DNA of 64,000 nt, taken from contig LSRY02000002.1 in assembly GCA_001643675.2 (NCBI GenBank), positions 2,480,001 to 2,544,000 of the forward strand, given 5' to 3'. The position numbers were made by a program, and so were the translations under genes. How positions within the stretch are numbered: position 1 is the first letter of the stretch; each line of letters begins with the position of its first letter. The stretch is from Monocercomonoides exilis PA203 (taxonomy: Eukaryota; Protista; Preaxostyla). The notes under the pieces are model-generated. The model had not been told where the DNA came from and made no database searches. It was given only the letters and a program-made list of their open reading frames with translations. Positions 47,788 through 60,833 of the stretch are shown here, piece after piece.

Positions 47788-50700
47788 TTATTTGTAGCTT
47801 ACAGAAAGTATACGCCTCGATCCCATCTCTCCATTAGCTCCATGCATAATCACAGAGATTATCGCATCTGTTACAGTCGGAATTGTTGAGCCTGCAGGAA
47901 AATACTTGATAAACTCTCGCTTCAAATCATTGAGCGATGGTCGATCAATTGATGCCTCAGAGAAGCAACTCTTCAACATTCTCTTCAAATAGCAATCTTG
48001 AAGAACATCCATGTTTGGTCTTTCTCCATTCAGTATTTTCTGCCCAGCGATTATCGGCTCATACTCTCCAAACGGGATCTGCAGCGTCAAGCACTCCCAC
48101 AGCATCATCCCGATCGAGAACACAACCGACTTCTTCGTTGCTCCCATCTTCTTGTTCATCAGCAGCTCAGGCGCCTTCCACCGCATGCACTCCTTCCTGA
48201 GATCATCCTCATCCTCAAAGGCAGATGAAGGTGGAGGCGAGTTTGTGAATCTCTCGCTCTTCACAGAAACATCAGAGGAAGATGTGACAACGGTGGATGT
48301 TGACGAAATGGAGGAAGTGTCGGAGTCTGATGAGCAGTCGGAGTGGAGGGCAATGCAGATAACCATGTGCTCTGAGAAAAGAACAATGTGAGGACTCAGA
48401 TTTGCCAGTGATTGGAGAGGATTTTCCATTTCGTCAAAGGAGTGGAGAGCAAGATTGGCCACCCAGAACAGGATCTGAGCACCAGTCATCACCCGCTCCT
48501 CCAGAGTGCCGATAGCCATCTCCTTCTTCTCATTCCTTCCATGAAGCAGCATGAACAAAGAATCTCTCAAGTCCACAATCAATTTCTCATGAGGAGACGA
48601 ACAGGCCATTGCATCCACCAGATTCGACATCGATGAAGTGGTTGGGCACGCATCTTCCATGCGAACAAATGTGGATTCTGTGTCTGAAGTGTCTGTGGTT
48701 GAAGTGGATGAGATTGATGGTGATGGCGTTCTCTTCCTTATCTCTTCTTCCTCAACCTTCTCGAGCATCCATTGAGGAATCTTGTCTGAATCTCTTCCAA
48801 GGATGTATTCTGTTGAGCCACTCTCACTCAACAAATGCTCTGATGACTCTGAATGTTCCATATTCGTCTCATATATTCTCTTCTTCATCCTCTCTTCATT
48901 CTTCTTCTCTGCCTCCCTCTCTGCTCTCCTCCACTGCTCCTCGGGAGACATCTCCATCGTCACCATTTCAAACGCTTTCGGATCCTTCTTCACTGTGTCG
49001 TTTACGATCTCTTCTAATTCTTTTGTTCTTCTCTTTGAATTCATCCATCGAAGAGTTACCACAATTGATACAATGAGGACAATTAAAAACAACACAGCCA
49101 ACATAACAATCACAATCAGCGCCCACGACGATTTTCCTTCGTTTCCTCCTTCAGCAATCATTTCATCTCTTTTTGATTCTGGTTCGCTTCTGTTCCTCAA
49201 AACAGCCATCGAAGTGAAGGAAGGAGCATCCAGCCTTCCAAACAGAATTCTCACTGAAATCTCTGCTTCTTTGGGAGCTGAATCAGTAAAATCTGAATTG
49301 ATGGAAGAGAAGACATATGTTTCTGATGCAAATGAATCCTCATTAAAATCAAATATTGTGATCGACTTTTCATCGTCAATGGCCACCACAAGCTGGAACG
49401 AAAGATTGCACGGAAGAAGCAACGATCCCTTGAAGTCAATCTTTGTTGTATCTTCTTCTTTTTCCATTCTTGCCGAATCCAAAATGGGAATGAAAAACGG
49501 AGAAATTCGCTCAGCTGCTATCCCATCTAATTCGCAGCCTTCATTCAGAATCCAAAGAGAAGAATTTTCTTTCGCTCCATCTCCTCCTTTCAAGCTGGAA
49601 ATGGTCAACGAAGCAGAATCTGAACAAATGATGTTTCTCCTTGCTGAAGGATACTCGTCAATAAATGGATTATTGTCATTGAATATTCCCATTTCAATTG
49701 TTACTCTTCCTCTGCACATAGAAAGTCCACCCTCTGATGAATTTGAGATTGTTGAGTCTTTCATTATCACTGAGCTATCTTCCATATCAGTAAGAGATCC
49801 ATTCCATCTACAAACATCTGTTTTATTCTTACTCATTTGATTTTCTTTTGAATTTTCTAAATTCCCACTGAAAATGCATGAATCCATTAAAATTTCAGAG
49901 CAAGAAAGCAAGGATATGATTTTCCCTTTCTCAACTTTTGATGAGGAATTGCCTATTTCACAATTTGAGATATTCACATTTCTCCTATTGTTGATACAAA
50001 CAATTGGCGTATCTCCTTTGCATGAAACATTCAAAATTAAACATTCGGATAAAGAAGCACTCATTGAGATGTTCTGCTCTTTGTTCTCAGCTCCATCCAA
50101 ACAGATAATGCTCATCTGACTGGTTGTGTTGCTGATTGTCACTTCCTTCATCAAGACGTCTTCACACAACACAACAAACAGATCTTGAAGTGAAGCCACA
50201 TCCACAATAGAAACTGAACGGAATTGGCACGTTCCTCTTTTGAATGTGAACAAAGTCGTTATGTCTATTCTTTCTACGGAGACTTGGCTGATCAACAGCA
50301 TTCCGCCTTCCATCCGGATGAGCTCATTAAAAGAAGCTTTTGAATTGACATTCCCTGATTTAAATGCAACATCAGAGACCAACATGCTGCCTTCATCTAT
50401 TTCCAGAATGGCCTCATGATTTGAAGAAAATGAGTCTGCAAATTGGAACTCAACTGACTCCAGGCGATTTCTTCCTGCAGCTTTAATCAATGCTGGGCCA
50501 ACAGCAGGAATAGCAGATAAAACAATTAGCTTAGCTTTTGTGAAGCTCTTCGATTGGATGGTGATATCATTTATCTCAATTTCCTTCTCAATCTCACTTT
50601 GTTCATCAATGGCCACAATCCTCAGGAAATCTCCCACAAGGTGGCCAATGCCATATCCAAGGGATAAGCAAGGATGGGTGTTTGTACCACACTGCCTGTC

Positions 50701-53700
50701 ATTTGCTCCACCATTTTCGAATATGTTCGAAACCACAATCGTAGCAGACTGGTATATCGTGATTAGATCCATCAGATCAACAGGCTCGGAGAGCGTTGGG
50801 TCAATCCCATAAATTGCATTGAGACGGATGAAAGAATCTGCCCTCAAATCCATTACAAATTGTGTCTCGTTGATTTGGTTCGAGATGTTTGTGCATTCAA
50901 TGAAAATGTCTCTTCCAATAAATGCCTCGTTTCCAGAAAATGTCACATTTTTTAACAGAAACAGCAATTCTCCTCTTTGCAAAAACTCCAAATATTCTCC
51001 GCCTCCTCTTCCGCGAGCAGTGGAGCAAGAGCATTGAGCAATTCGTGTCTCTTCCACTTTCAGTGAACCATCTGAGCTCAGCAAAGAGAAAAATGAACCT
51101 CCTTTCTCAGATAAAAGAGCTTTGCACGAATCGATCGAGGAATTTTTCACAATTATTTCAGTATCGCTGTTAATGCAATCGCTGGTGCAAACACACGATC
51201 CATTATCAGTCCTTGAAACCGAAAAGAATGTCGATTCATTTATATTTATCATTGTTTTCATATTGCGTTTTGTTGCCTTCACTGTATCCTTTAGGTTAAT
51301 TATGCTTCCGCTCTCAATTGTGGATGAAAGAACATTCATTTTGTTCATTCTGCATTCACATTTGCCAAATACATCGAAAATGCCTCGTTTTGTGTGGACT
51401 CTCTCCACCTTCAGATTATCAACATTCAGTTTTCCTTTGGCCATCTCCACAAACACACAGTTTTGAGCCGTATTATCCGTGCTTGTTGAAGAAAACCAAC
51501 ATTCTTCAAAAGACAAAGTGCCTTCTTCATTTTTCACAATGACTTTCTCTCCATTTTCACAAATAAACTCCTGCGAAAGAATTATCCACGAAAATGTCAG
51601 CGTCTTGCTATTTCTTATCAATCCTTTGCCTTCTGCTGGCTCCTCTTGGTTCACAGCCAACGTCGAATGGCTGGCTTCCGCTTCAGTTGATGTTCCAGAG
51701 CATATCTTGAAGTTCGAAAGAACAAAGCTGTCCTTCAAAACTGTCTTGTAGTGAATTATTATCTCCTTTTTTGTCTCGCTTCCATCAATCTGCTGCATCC
51801 CTTTCCAGAAAGAAAAGCATGGATCGTCTGCACTTCCACATCTCTTCACATCAAAGCCAAGTGAAGAGACATATATTTGGGAATTCGAATAACCCTCAAG
51901 AAATCTGAATAGGTTGGCATTGTTGAATGTATCGTCACTCCCCACGAACAAATTTGTTGCATTTTCCATTGAAGAATAATCAAACATAAATGAAGATGAT
52001 TTTACTGTTGCATTCAAATCATTCGACAAAATGTAAATATGCTCCCCAATTCTCGCCTTGTTGGCTTCCAAAGTGATTGCATCAAAAACAAAAGGAGTGG
52101 AGCTTTCTGAATCTGTGCTGTCAACAAAAAGAAAACCTCCTTTTCCAATTGTCGATGAGCATTCACAGTTCTTTCCTGTTGTTTTGTTGATTATTAATTG
52201 CTGCTCTGCTTTCAACGAGATTCGAAGAGCTCCACCTTCTGCCCCATTCTCTGTTTTGACCCCAGAAATATTGCATGCTTCAATTACAGCCGAAGAAGAA
52301 GAAGCAGAAATCGGCGTGAAATCAAACTTCACATCTTCAATTGTACAACGAATCAGCGAAAATGTTCCTCCATTCACAGAAATCAGAGAATATGAAAGCG
52401 TGCCTTGTTGCCTCGCTGAAAATGCACAATCAATCAAATGAAGCATCCCATTTTCAGGAGAAGAAGATATCAGAACTTTACGATTGGTGCTGAATCCCAA
52501 CGGCAACACGAAATCAACAAGGAAAAATTGAAGATTCTTCGAATTTGTGATGATTGCAGAAAAAGAGCCGGAACCAAGTATTTCAGAAGCAAAATCAAAC
52601 TTTGCGTGCTCTTCAGGGACAGAGGACTTGACTTCGAAATTTGATAAATCAAATTCGTCTTGAATGATTGCGTTTGAGCAAATCCATATAATTCTATTTG
52701 AAGAATTCAAATTAGCGTTTTTCACACCTCTCCAAAAAGACGAGCAGGGAAAGTTCAAACTGCCACACCCAATCATATCAAAGCCATTTTTATCGATAAA
52801 CACCTCATCCGATTCGTATTTCACCAGAAATAGAAGTAGATCAATTGCTTCGCCATCAAATCTTTTGTCAATGCCTTTCATATCCACTGCAGACACCTCA
52901 TTTTCATCAAATAAATCAAAAATGAAGCGACTCTTGCTCACTGTTTGGTTCAGATCAGAACAGCTGACAAACAAATCCCTCCCGCACCAAGCATTATTTT
53001 CCATGAACTCCATCTCTCCCAATTTGAAGTTGTTTGAGGAATCGTCACTCAAATAAAGAAAAATGCCTCCTCCTCTTCCGCATGTCTCATTGGCTTCACA
53101 TTCACTGATTACAACGTTTTCCATATCAAATCTGTTCTCGAAGGCAAGCTCACATTTGGCAACACCTCCATCGCTGTTGTTCGATTTGCATCTCAAAAAC
53201 TCGCATCCTCCAGAAATTGATGCCTGCTCCACATTCTTCAGAATAAATATCCCTCCATTAGAAGCGGAGCAATCGGTGATATTTGCTGCCTTAGCTTCAA
53301 AGCTTTCACCTTCAATTTTCTTGATCAATCCATCTCCTTCAGATGTTATGTGAGACGCATTCAGATTGTTGATGGACATTTTCCCTCTCTCCAAACGAGC
53401 AATTCCGAAGCTCAATAGAAAAGTCTGATAAGAAAATGATACACTCTCAAGATGCGCCTCTCCTCCTTCTCCAACAACGATCCAAAGCTTTCCAGCTTCT
53501 ACAGAGCCATCGCTCCCTCCAAACTCACAATTCAATATTGTAACTCGTCCTCCATTCATTTGAATGAGTCCAACATTGCCTTCTGCCGGAGATGAAGGAA
53601 GTTTGAAAATCAGTCTGTTGAGTAGAAGCACTGTCGGTGTGAGGCCATCAACCACATTGAAGAAACCCTTGCTTTCTATTCTCAGTTCTGATTTAGAAGC

Positions 53701-56700
53701 AACTCCGCGGATTGTGAGTGATTTACCAACTCTTCTCATCTCTCCAGAAACCCAGTTGTGGTTATTGATCTGGACAGTCGTTTGGTTCTCTTTCAGGTTG
53801 CCAACACCAACTTCCAATCGATCGCATGGATTCGCATCGCTTCCACAGTTCGGCAAAGTGCTTTTTCCTGCCTCAACAAAGATGATATCTCCTGTTCCAG
53901 AAAACAGATATTTCTTGATCGAGTAATCAATTTCTGTGCTTTCGACCGAGTCCATAACCCAGAAATTTGGCTCAGGCGTGTTCAGCTCGTCGATTGTCCC
54001 AAACCACAGATCTTCTTTGATCAGCGCTTCTGGATTCCCGCAAAGCAGTAATAAGTCGTTTCCCTTTGAAGCAAGATTTCCTGTGAAAGTGTTTGACTTC
54101 ATAGAATACTGTGCATTTGCATCGAATTTCAGGTGCAGCCCTCCTCCATATCCCTGTGCTCCCAGTGCTGTGCAGCTCTCCACTCTGTTCTGAGTGAAAA
54201 TCAGCTCTCCTCCATCCGACACATTCAATGCCCCCATCCCGCCAAACGGAACCTCTCCTTGGCACATATCTTTTGAAAACGCACAGTTGCTGATCTCCAC
54301 TCGCTTTCCTTGCCCAACAACTCCCGAAAAGACTGAGCCATTCCCGTTGTTTCGAGTCACGTTCGACAATTCGCTTGATGCAATTTTCATTCCATTTCCT
54401 TCCCCAAAAGAAATAACACTGCCACTTTCCAGTGCTGAGCCATTGACTGTTAGCTTCTTGATATCGGCTGAAGATTCACCAGTCAAGTGAATCAGTCCAT
54501 CATGTGACAGACTCTCAACCGCTTCAAAAGTGCATCCTACTACAAATAAAGATGTTCCTTGTCCGCTCAGCTCGACTGCTGTAACTTCTCCAAAATCAAT
54601 TCTTTTCAGCTCAAATTCAGTTAAATGTACTTCGCCTCCTGTTGCACAAAAAATGCTGAATTCGATTGCCTCGCTTTCTATTTGCCTTGTCGCTGAGCAA
54701 TTAGCAATACTCAAAGATAATCGCTGGCACAGAATCAGACATAATCGAGGTGTTTCAACGAAGCTCGAAGGCATTGAAAAAGTGATATTCGAAATCGAAA
54801 CATCTGCTGCTGTCTCAATCAATCCATCCCCTTCCACGCTTCCGTTGCTGCAGACAAAAATTGATGTGCCTTTTGTTGTTGCCAAAATTGAAACAGAACA
54901 CGAGGCAAGCCTTGTGAAGCTGTCCAGCTGAAACGATGGAAGAACCACAACAACACCATGCTCTTGCACTGATTCAAATCTCAATTCAACAAGTCTGCCA
55001 ATTGAATGGCAAGGTGCAAATTGAAATCCGCATCCTGAGTGATCGTATCCTCCATCTTCCTCACCCCCAACATATCCGCTTCCTGAAAATGAAGTTAGAA
55101 ATGCAGCCAAAGGAATCGCATAGTCTCTATTACAGGAGACTCGTTCATATCCCATCAAATCTGTTTTGTCCATCTCCCTCCAAGATATTTGGAAGTTATC
55201 TGCTCGAACTGCTTCAGCCAAGTTGTTGGCATCCACAAATATGCTGTTTCCTTTCCATGCATTGCATTCAAAGAACGTCAGGTTTTTAAGCGAATAAACT
55301 CCATTATTATCTGAAATATGCAGATATATCCCTCCTCCTAATCCTCTTCCTCTGTTTAATTCTTCGCTGCTTGGCGCATTACAGCTGCTGAATCTGGTGT
55401 TCTTCACAGCAATGTTCATATTCCCATGTTTCTGGATAAACAAAGCTCCTCCTTTCAGCTCGTTTCCGTCTTTACATGATGAACTTATCTGGCATCCGTC
55501 AATCACAATCTCACAGCTTCCTCTATTCCCATATGCACTGAACAGTCCCCCATTTCCATTTTTTACGGTTATTCCGTTGAATTCGCAGCTCTGCAACGTG
55601 AATGAGCTTCCCCCCTCTAATAAAAACGGACTTATTAAAAACGTAATTTGGTTTGTTTCTGCAACAACAACAAAACCATTTGCAACAAATGTTCCACCAC
55701 TAATTTTTGTAAAGCTGAAATTGATTTCGTTGCTTTCTTCTGAATTAGTTATAGAAAGTCCGCAACTGTTTAATGTTAGGCTATTTCCGTTGCACTGAAT
55801 GAATGATGTTCTGGAGTTGAGCGATAATGGCAAAACAAAAGTGATATTTGTTATTGTCGCTGGCTGAGTGACTGTTATTAAAGAAGATGAATCTGTAAGG
55901 GGTGGCGGAGAAACAGCAATTCTAGTATTTTTTTGGGCACATTTGACTTTCTATTGGCAAACACTCATTCCTATCTCTTCGCTCCAAACAAATGAAGGAT
56001 CGAGAATGATATCTTTATTCAATGAAGAAAAGCGAAGATTTGCTACGAATGCAATTGTGGAGCAGGGATAGCCGGAATGACCACATCCACTGAAGTCTCT
56101 CTTGTTGTTTCCTCCAACCACTGCTGGTAGAGGGAATGGATCAATTAAATAAAGAGCTAGAGGAATTGCATAATCTTCATTGCCATTTTCGAATCCCATT
56201 GCATCATCGTATTCTGCTGCATTTGTTGAGATGAAAGAATTCACTTTTCCAGAATTCATCAAATCTGCCAAATTTGTATCATCAAAAAACATGTTGTTTC
56301 CTCCTTTCGCTGCATAATTTTTTTCAACGCCGCTCGTAAAATTGATTGAAGATATATAATAATCATTGAACTGACCAGCAGCCTTCACAAACAACCCTCC
56401 CCCGTATCCGCATTGAGTTCTTGTATCACTTGCTCCACACTTTGAAAACGATGTGAGCGTTCCATCTTTTCCGATGCTCAGCTTTCCGCTTCCAGCAAAC
56501 GAAGCATATATCCCTCCTCCACAACCAGAGCAAGCCAAACAATTGTAAAATGTTGCCTCACTAATCTCAACAACATTTCCTGTATTCATCACAATATTCA
56601 CTGCGCTTCCATTTCCGTTTGCGAGTTCAATGGATTTCATGTTGATTTTTTCCATTTTCACTGTTTTTCCATTTTCAATCGTTATAGCTGCCTTGTTGTC

Positions 56701-59700
56701 ACATACAATTCCTTCCATTGTCGAATTCTGAAGAGTCAGTGAACCTCCGTTTGTGCATTCAATTATTCCTTCGTTTGATGCGGCAGTTGTATTCGAAATG
56801 TTGCAAAGATCAATGTTTAGCTGCCCGTTCGTGTGTGAAATCATCAGCGGTGCTTCTAAAAGGCTGAACCCTTTCATCATAAGCGATTTCACTGTACTTG
56901 TTCCACCCATGCAAATTATAAAGCTGCAAGACAACGTTGTGCCTGACATAAGCATCAGTGCACACTGCTCAGACAAGAAAGATCCTGACTGTACCAGAAA
57001 TAGAGCTTCCCTTCCAGATAGCGAACTCGGCAGATAAAACTTGATGCTCGAAAAAGAAGTTGTTGCTCTGCTAACAATCATCCCATCTTGATTTTTTGTC
57101 GAATTATCGTTTACGATGAACTGTGTCTGAGCTCTAATCCCTCGAACACTTGTAGTGCCTTCAGACAGAGATATCTCTCGTGAAAGAGTGGAACTTCCAT
57201 CAACAGCAATTGATACACCACTTGATGTTTTGTGTTGCAAGAGAACATAATCGACAGTTGAGCATTGCTCGTCAGCAAATCCACACATATACCAATCTCT
57301 TTTATTTGTATTTCCAACATAAAACTCGCTCGGTTTGCTTCGGAGATAAAGTACAAGAGGAATCGCAAACGAATGATTGTTATTTTCGTATCCACACAGA
57401 TCAGTGAGTACATTCAGTTGAGGGCTGAACTTCAGCCGCTCTGCATTGATCACTTGGCTGAAATTCGCTGCCTCAATAAAAATGTTGTTGCCGAATTGCG
57501 AAGCACTGCAGTTGGCGAATGTCATCTTGTCAAAGACAAAATCACATGCAGAGCTTTCCAATTTTAGGTAAATTGCACCCCCGTATCCGTTGTTGCTTGT
57601 TCCCTGTGCACCACAGTCGGTAAAAGTCAGCGAATCAATTTCTCCAAGTCTCATTTTTGAGCCAGGTTGCATTATAATGGAAAGGCATCCTCCATTTCCA
57701 TTCTCGCACTTGCACCTATCAAAAGAGATGTTGTTCAACTTCAATGATTCCTCATTTGCAGGGTTGCATTCAATCACTCCTCCATTTCCAGAGCTTCGAA
57801 TGACCTCTGTGAAGCGTGTATTTGATATCTCGGAAAAAGATGAAATTGGAGCTTTGATGAATTGAGTATTTATTTTCAAAGAAGATACAATACAGGAATC
57901 AATTGAAATGCTTCCGAAAGCAATGTCAAACAATGGATTATTGAAAGAAGTGGGCTGAGCTCTCACCGAAGTGATGAGAAGATGCTTCAGGTGAGCTTTC
58001 CCAGATGAACCAGAAATAGATAATATCCCAACTGTTTCTGTTTCGGTGTTGTGGTCAATCGTCAATGAGAAGACACTCAAAGCACCTGTATTGATGGAGA
58101 ACAGCGTAGCAGGACTTGACAGAATGCTTGTTCTGATGACTGATTTGTCTGTTCCATTTCCAATCACTTTGACTTTATTGCTGTTGATGGATAGCACAGA
58201 AGAAGGAGCAAAGGCTGATTCAAGCAGCATAACTTTACACTCGACATCGTCCCTCACCTTTCCAAATGCGTGTTCAATCGTTTTGCATGGAATAGAGTCG
58301 TTCAATCCACAAAGCTCATCCAAATCGTTTCCACTCTCATGGACATATCGAGTCAGAAGCATCACCTTTACAGGAAGCCATCCGTTGTATACTTCGCTAT
58401 CCGCTGTGCCGTTGTACCAAACTCGCTTCTCTGTTGTCGTTGAATATGATTCAAAAAAAGGATTAGAATTAACTCCACCTCCATTTATTTTCACATCATT
58501 TCCCATTCCGTTCTTCGCTTCATTTTGATGGAAAAAACAATATCTTATCAATTGGGTCTGAACAGCTTGTTCCGAAAGTCCACTGAAGTTTATTCCTGCT
58601 CCTCCTAAAATTGTTGAATTTGTAAATATTCCATTCACTGTGTTCAAGATAAACATATTTTCTGTGATCAAAAGTGCTGAAAGGTTTACACTTGGCAAAG
58701 CATAATTAAAATATATGCAACCAGAAGAATTTCCAGCCCAATTTTTCACAAAACGAGAGTTTGAAAAAATGAAGGTTCCCGATGATTGAAGAGATTTCGG
58801 ACGTAAGTAACACACCATTCCATAAGAATGTGAAATTGAGCAATTATAAAAAATAAGATCTTTGTATTGTTCATTTTTCATATGATCAACGCTGCATATG
58901 GCTCCCCCTTGGCTCGCGCTGCATATACTAAAATTTGATGAATCTACAAGTGCATTTTCCAAATTTGCAAGATATAAAGCCCCACCGTGGTTGTTTTTTC
59001 CGACCTTTATTATATTTATGTTTTCAAATAAACAATGAGAAATATTCATCGATGATCCACCGTATGATATGAAGATAGCACCTCCAAATTCATCTGGTGA
59101 TGCATTTTTCCATTCACACCAAACAAATGAATGCTCTCCTTTACCCAAAACTTTCCTCCTTGGGGATATTGGATTTTCTTCAGTTCCAGAATATTGCTCA
59201 TTGGACAAGCGATGGCAAGATACGAAAGTACTGTTGAATGAAGACAATGCAGCAAACGGCTGATTTATTGATTGAAGAATCCCTCCATAATACACATCGC
59301 AAACTCTGGAGAACGAACAGCTGCGTATAGTCGCTGTATGACAAAAAGCACTCGATTTTAAAGAACAATGAAGTATGTCATGACAAATGGGATTTGACAA
59401 ATTTTGGAATTTCGAATCTGTTACAGAAATACAGGAACAAGTCTCGCTTTGAACGAAACATGGCATCACAACCATGTCTGAAAAATGGCATCCCGCAATT
59501 TCCAATGACCAGAATCCATTAGGGTAAACCGAATTTCCTCTTGCAATTTGAGGAACCGCGGTTGGAGTATAGATAGACAAACTTGTATTATGAAGCATAA
59601 TTTCTCCATCGTCAGCTGTTATTGGGCTAATTTCCGATGAACCAGACAAACAAAGTGCACAGTTTTTAATAAATAGCGACGATGAAGATGAGCAGATAAA

Positions 59701-60021
59701 TAGAGCACTGTATTCGAGCTGACGAAGCTCAACAAAAACATACAATGACGATGCATTATTTAAATTGAATGTCGAAGAAATTGTGCAACCGTAGTGCATG
59801 CGCAAATAATTTTTTCCCTCAAAAATTGAATCATATAAGGCATCATTCATATAATTCTTAAGAGGCTTGCAATTAATCGAGTTTTGCTTCTGAGCATTTG
59901 GCGATTGGCTCACAGTGCAATCTCCAGTTATTTCGCAGTGAGCCATTGAAGTGTCGTTTTGAACGCCGAACGAATAAATAAAATAACTCGCTATAGCACA
60001 AAAAAGTTCAAATGAATTCAT
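47788..60021 (-). CDS. Giant type-I membrane protein: pectin-lyase/Pmp-like beta-helix repeats + TM + degenerate kinase C-lobe (~4077 codons, one in-frame TAG at 55951-55953; possibly a pseudogene)
   Basis: ORFs 55951-60021 and 47788-55833 are in the same frame with an open linker; signal-like N-terminus; GGA(I/L) and FxxN motifs; 8 CGxxxxxCxS/T-type repeats; TM WALIVIVMLAVLFLIVLIVSIVVTL; WKAPELL..VVFSIGMMLWECLTLQIPF. Confidence 0.85.
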
Positions 60022-60109
60022 TTCGAAAAAAAATTATATTTCACAATTAAAAGAGTCCTTTTTCATTTTCATTGTCAACTTCAATATACTGAAATCTGTG
60101 AAAAAGATT

Positions 60110-60599
60110 GGTAAGTGGGCAGATAACGACCGGTAAAAAAAATCGATTGACTTGTTTTTATTTATTTGTGCAATTTTCAATTAATGCAATTATGATATTT
60201 CGAAAGTGATTTTCGTATAACAGTGATTCAAAGCTGAGAAAACCTATTTTTTTAAATCCAACAGTAATTTTAATTTTGCTAACTTCCCCACCTTAAATAA
60301 AAAAACCCTAATCTGTTGATTAAATTAAAAGTTAATGTTAACATAACTATAATAAACACATTGACAATAGGAAAATCTTTATTTCCAATAAAAACCTAAT
60401 AAAAACAATCTCTCTAATATATCTTAGGGGTTTGATCACTTATTTTAAATAACTCCTGCTTTGTAAATACTAAAAATTTTAAGTTTTTAATCGAATATTT
60501 CTCCTATCTGCGAATTTTAACATTTGAAAATGGGTTTTTCAAGGTCAATAATTCTTCTTTTAGATAAATTTTACACCGGTCGCTATGTACCCTCTTACC
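60110..60599. mobile_element. Non-autonomous DNA transposon (MITE-like, Merlin/IS1016-type termini), 490 bp
   Basis: 25-bp TIRs GGTAAGTGGGCAGATAACGACCGGT / revcomp GGTAAGAGGGTACATAGCGACCGGT (21/25); perfect 8-bp TSD AAAAGATT at 60102-60109 and 60600-60607. Confidence 0.9.
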
Positions 60600-60833
60600 A
60601 AAAGATTAAGTTTTTTTTATTTTTTTCATAAAAATGTGATATGAATTGATATTCATTTTATTTTCTTAATGTTTTTTGTGAATAAATATATTATCAACAA
60701 GATAAATTTTTTTTTGTTGATAATGACAATTTTTGAAGAAATAAAAGAAGTTTCTTTTGATATTTCTTCAAGAAAAAAACATACCCATTAACATGTAAAT
60801 TGTCTTTGCAATAGAAATTATTTGCTGATATTG

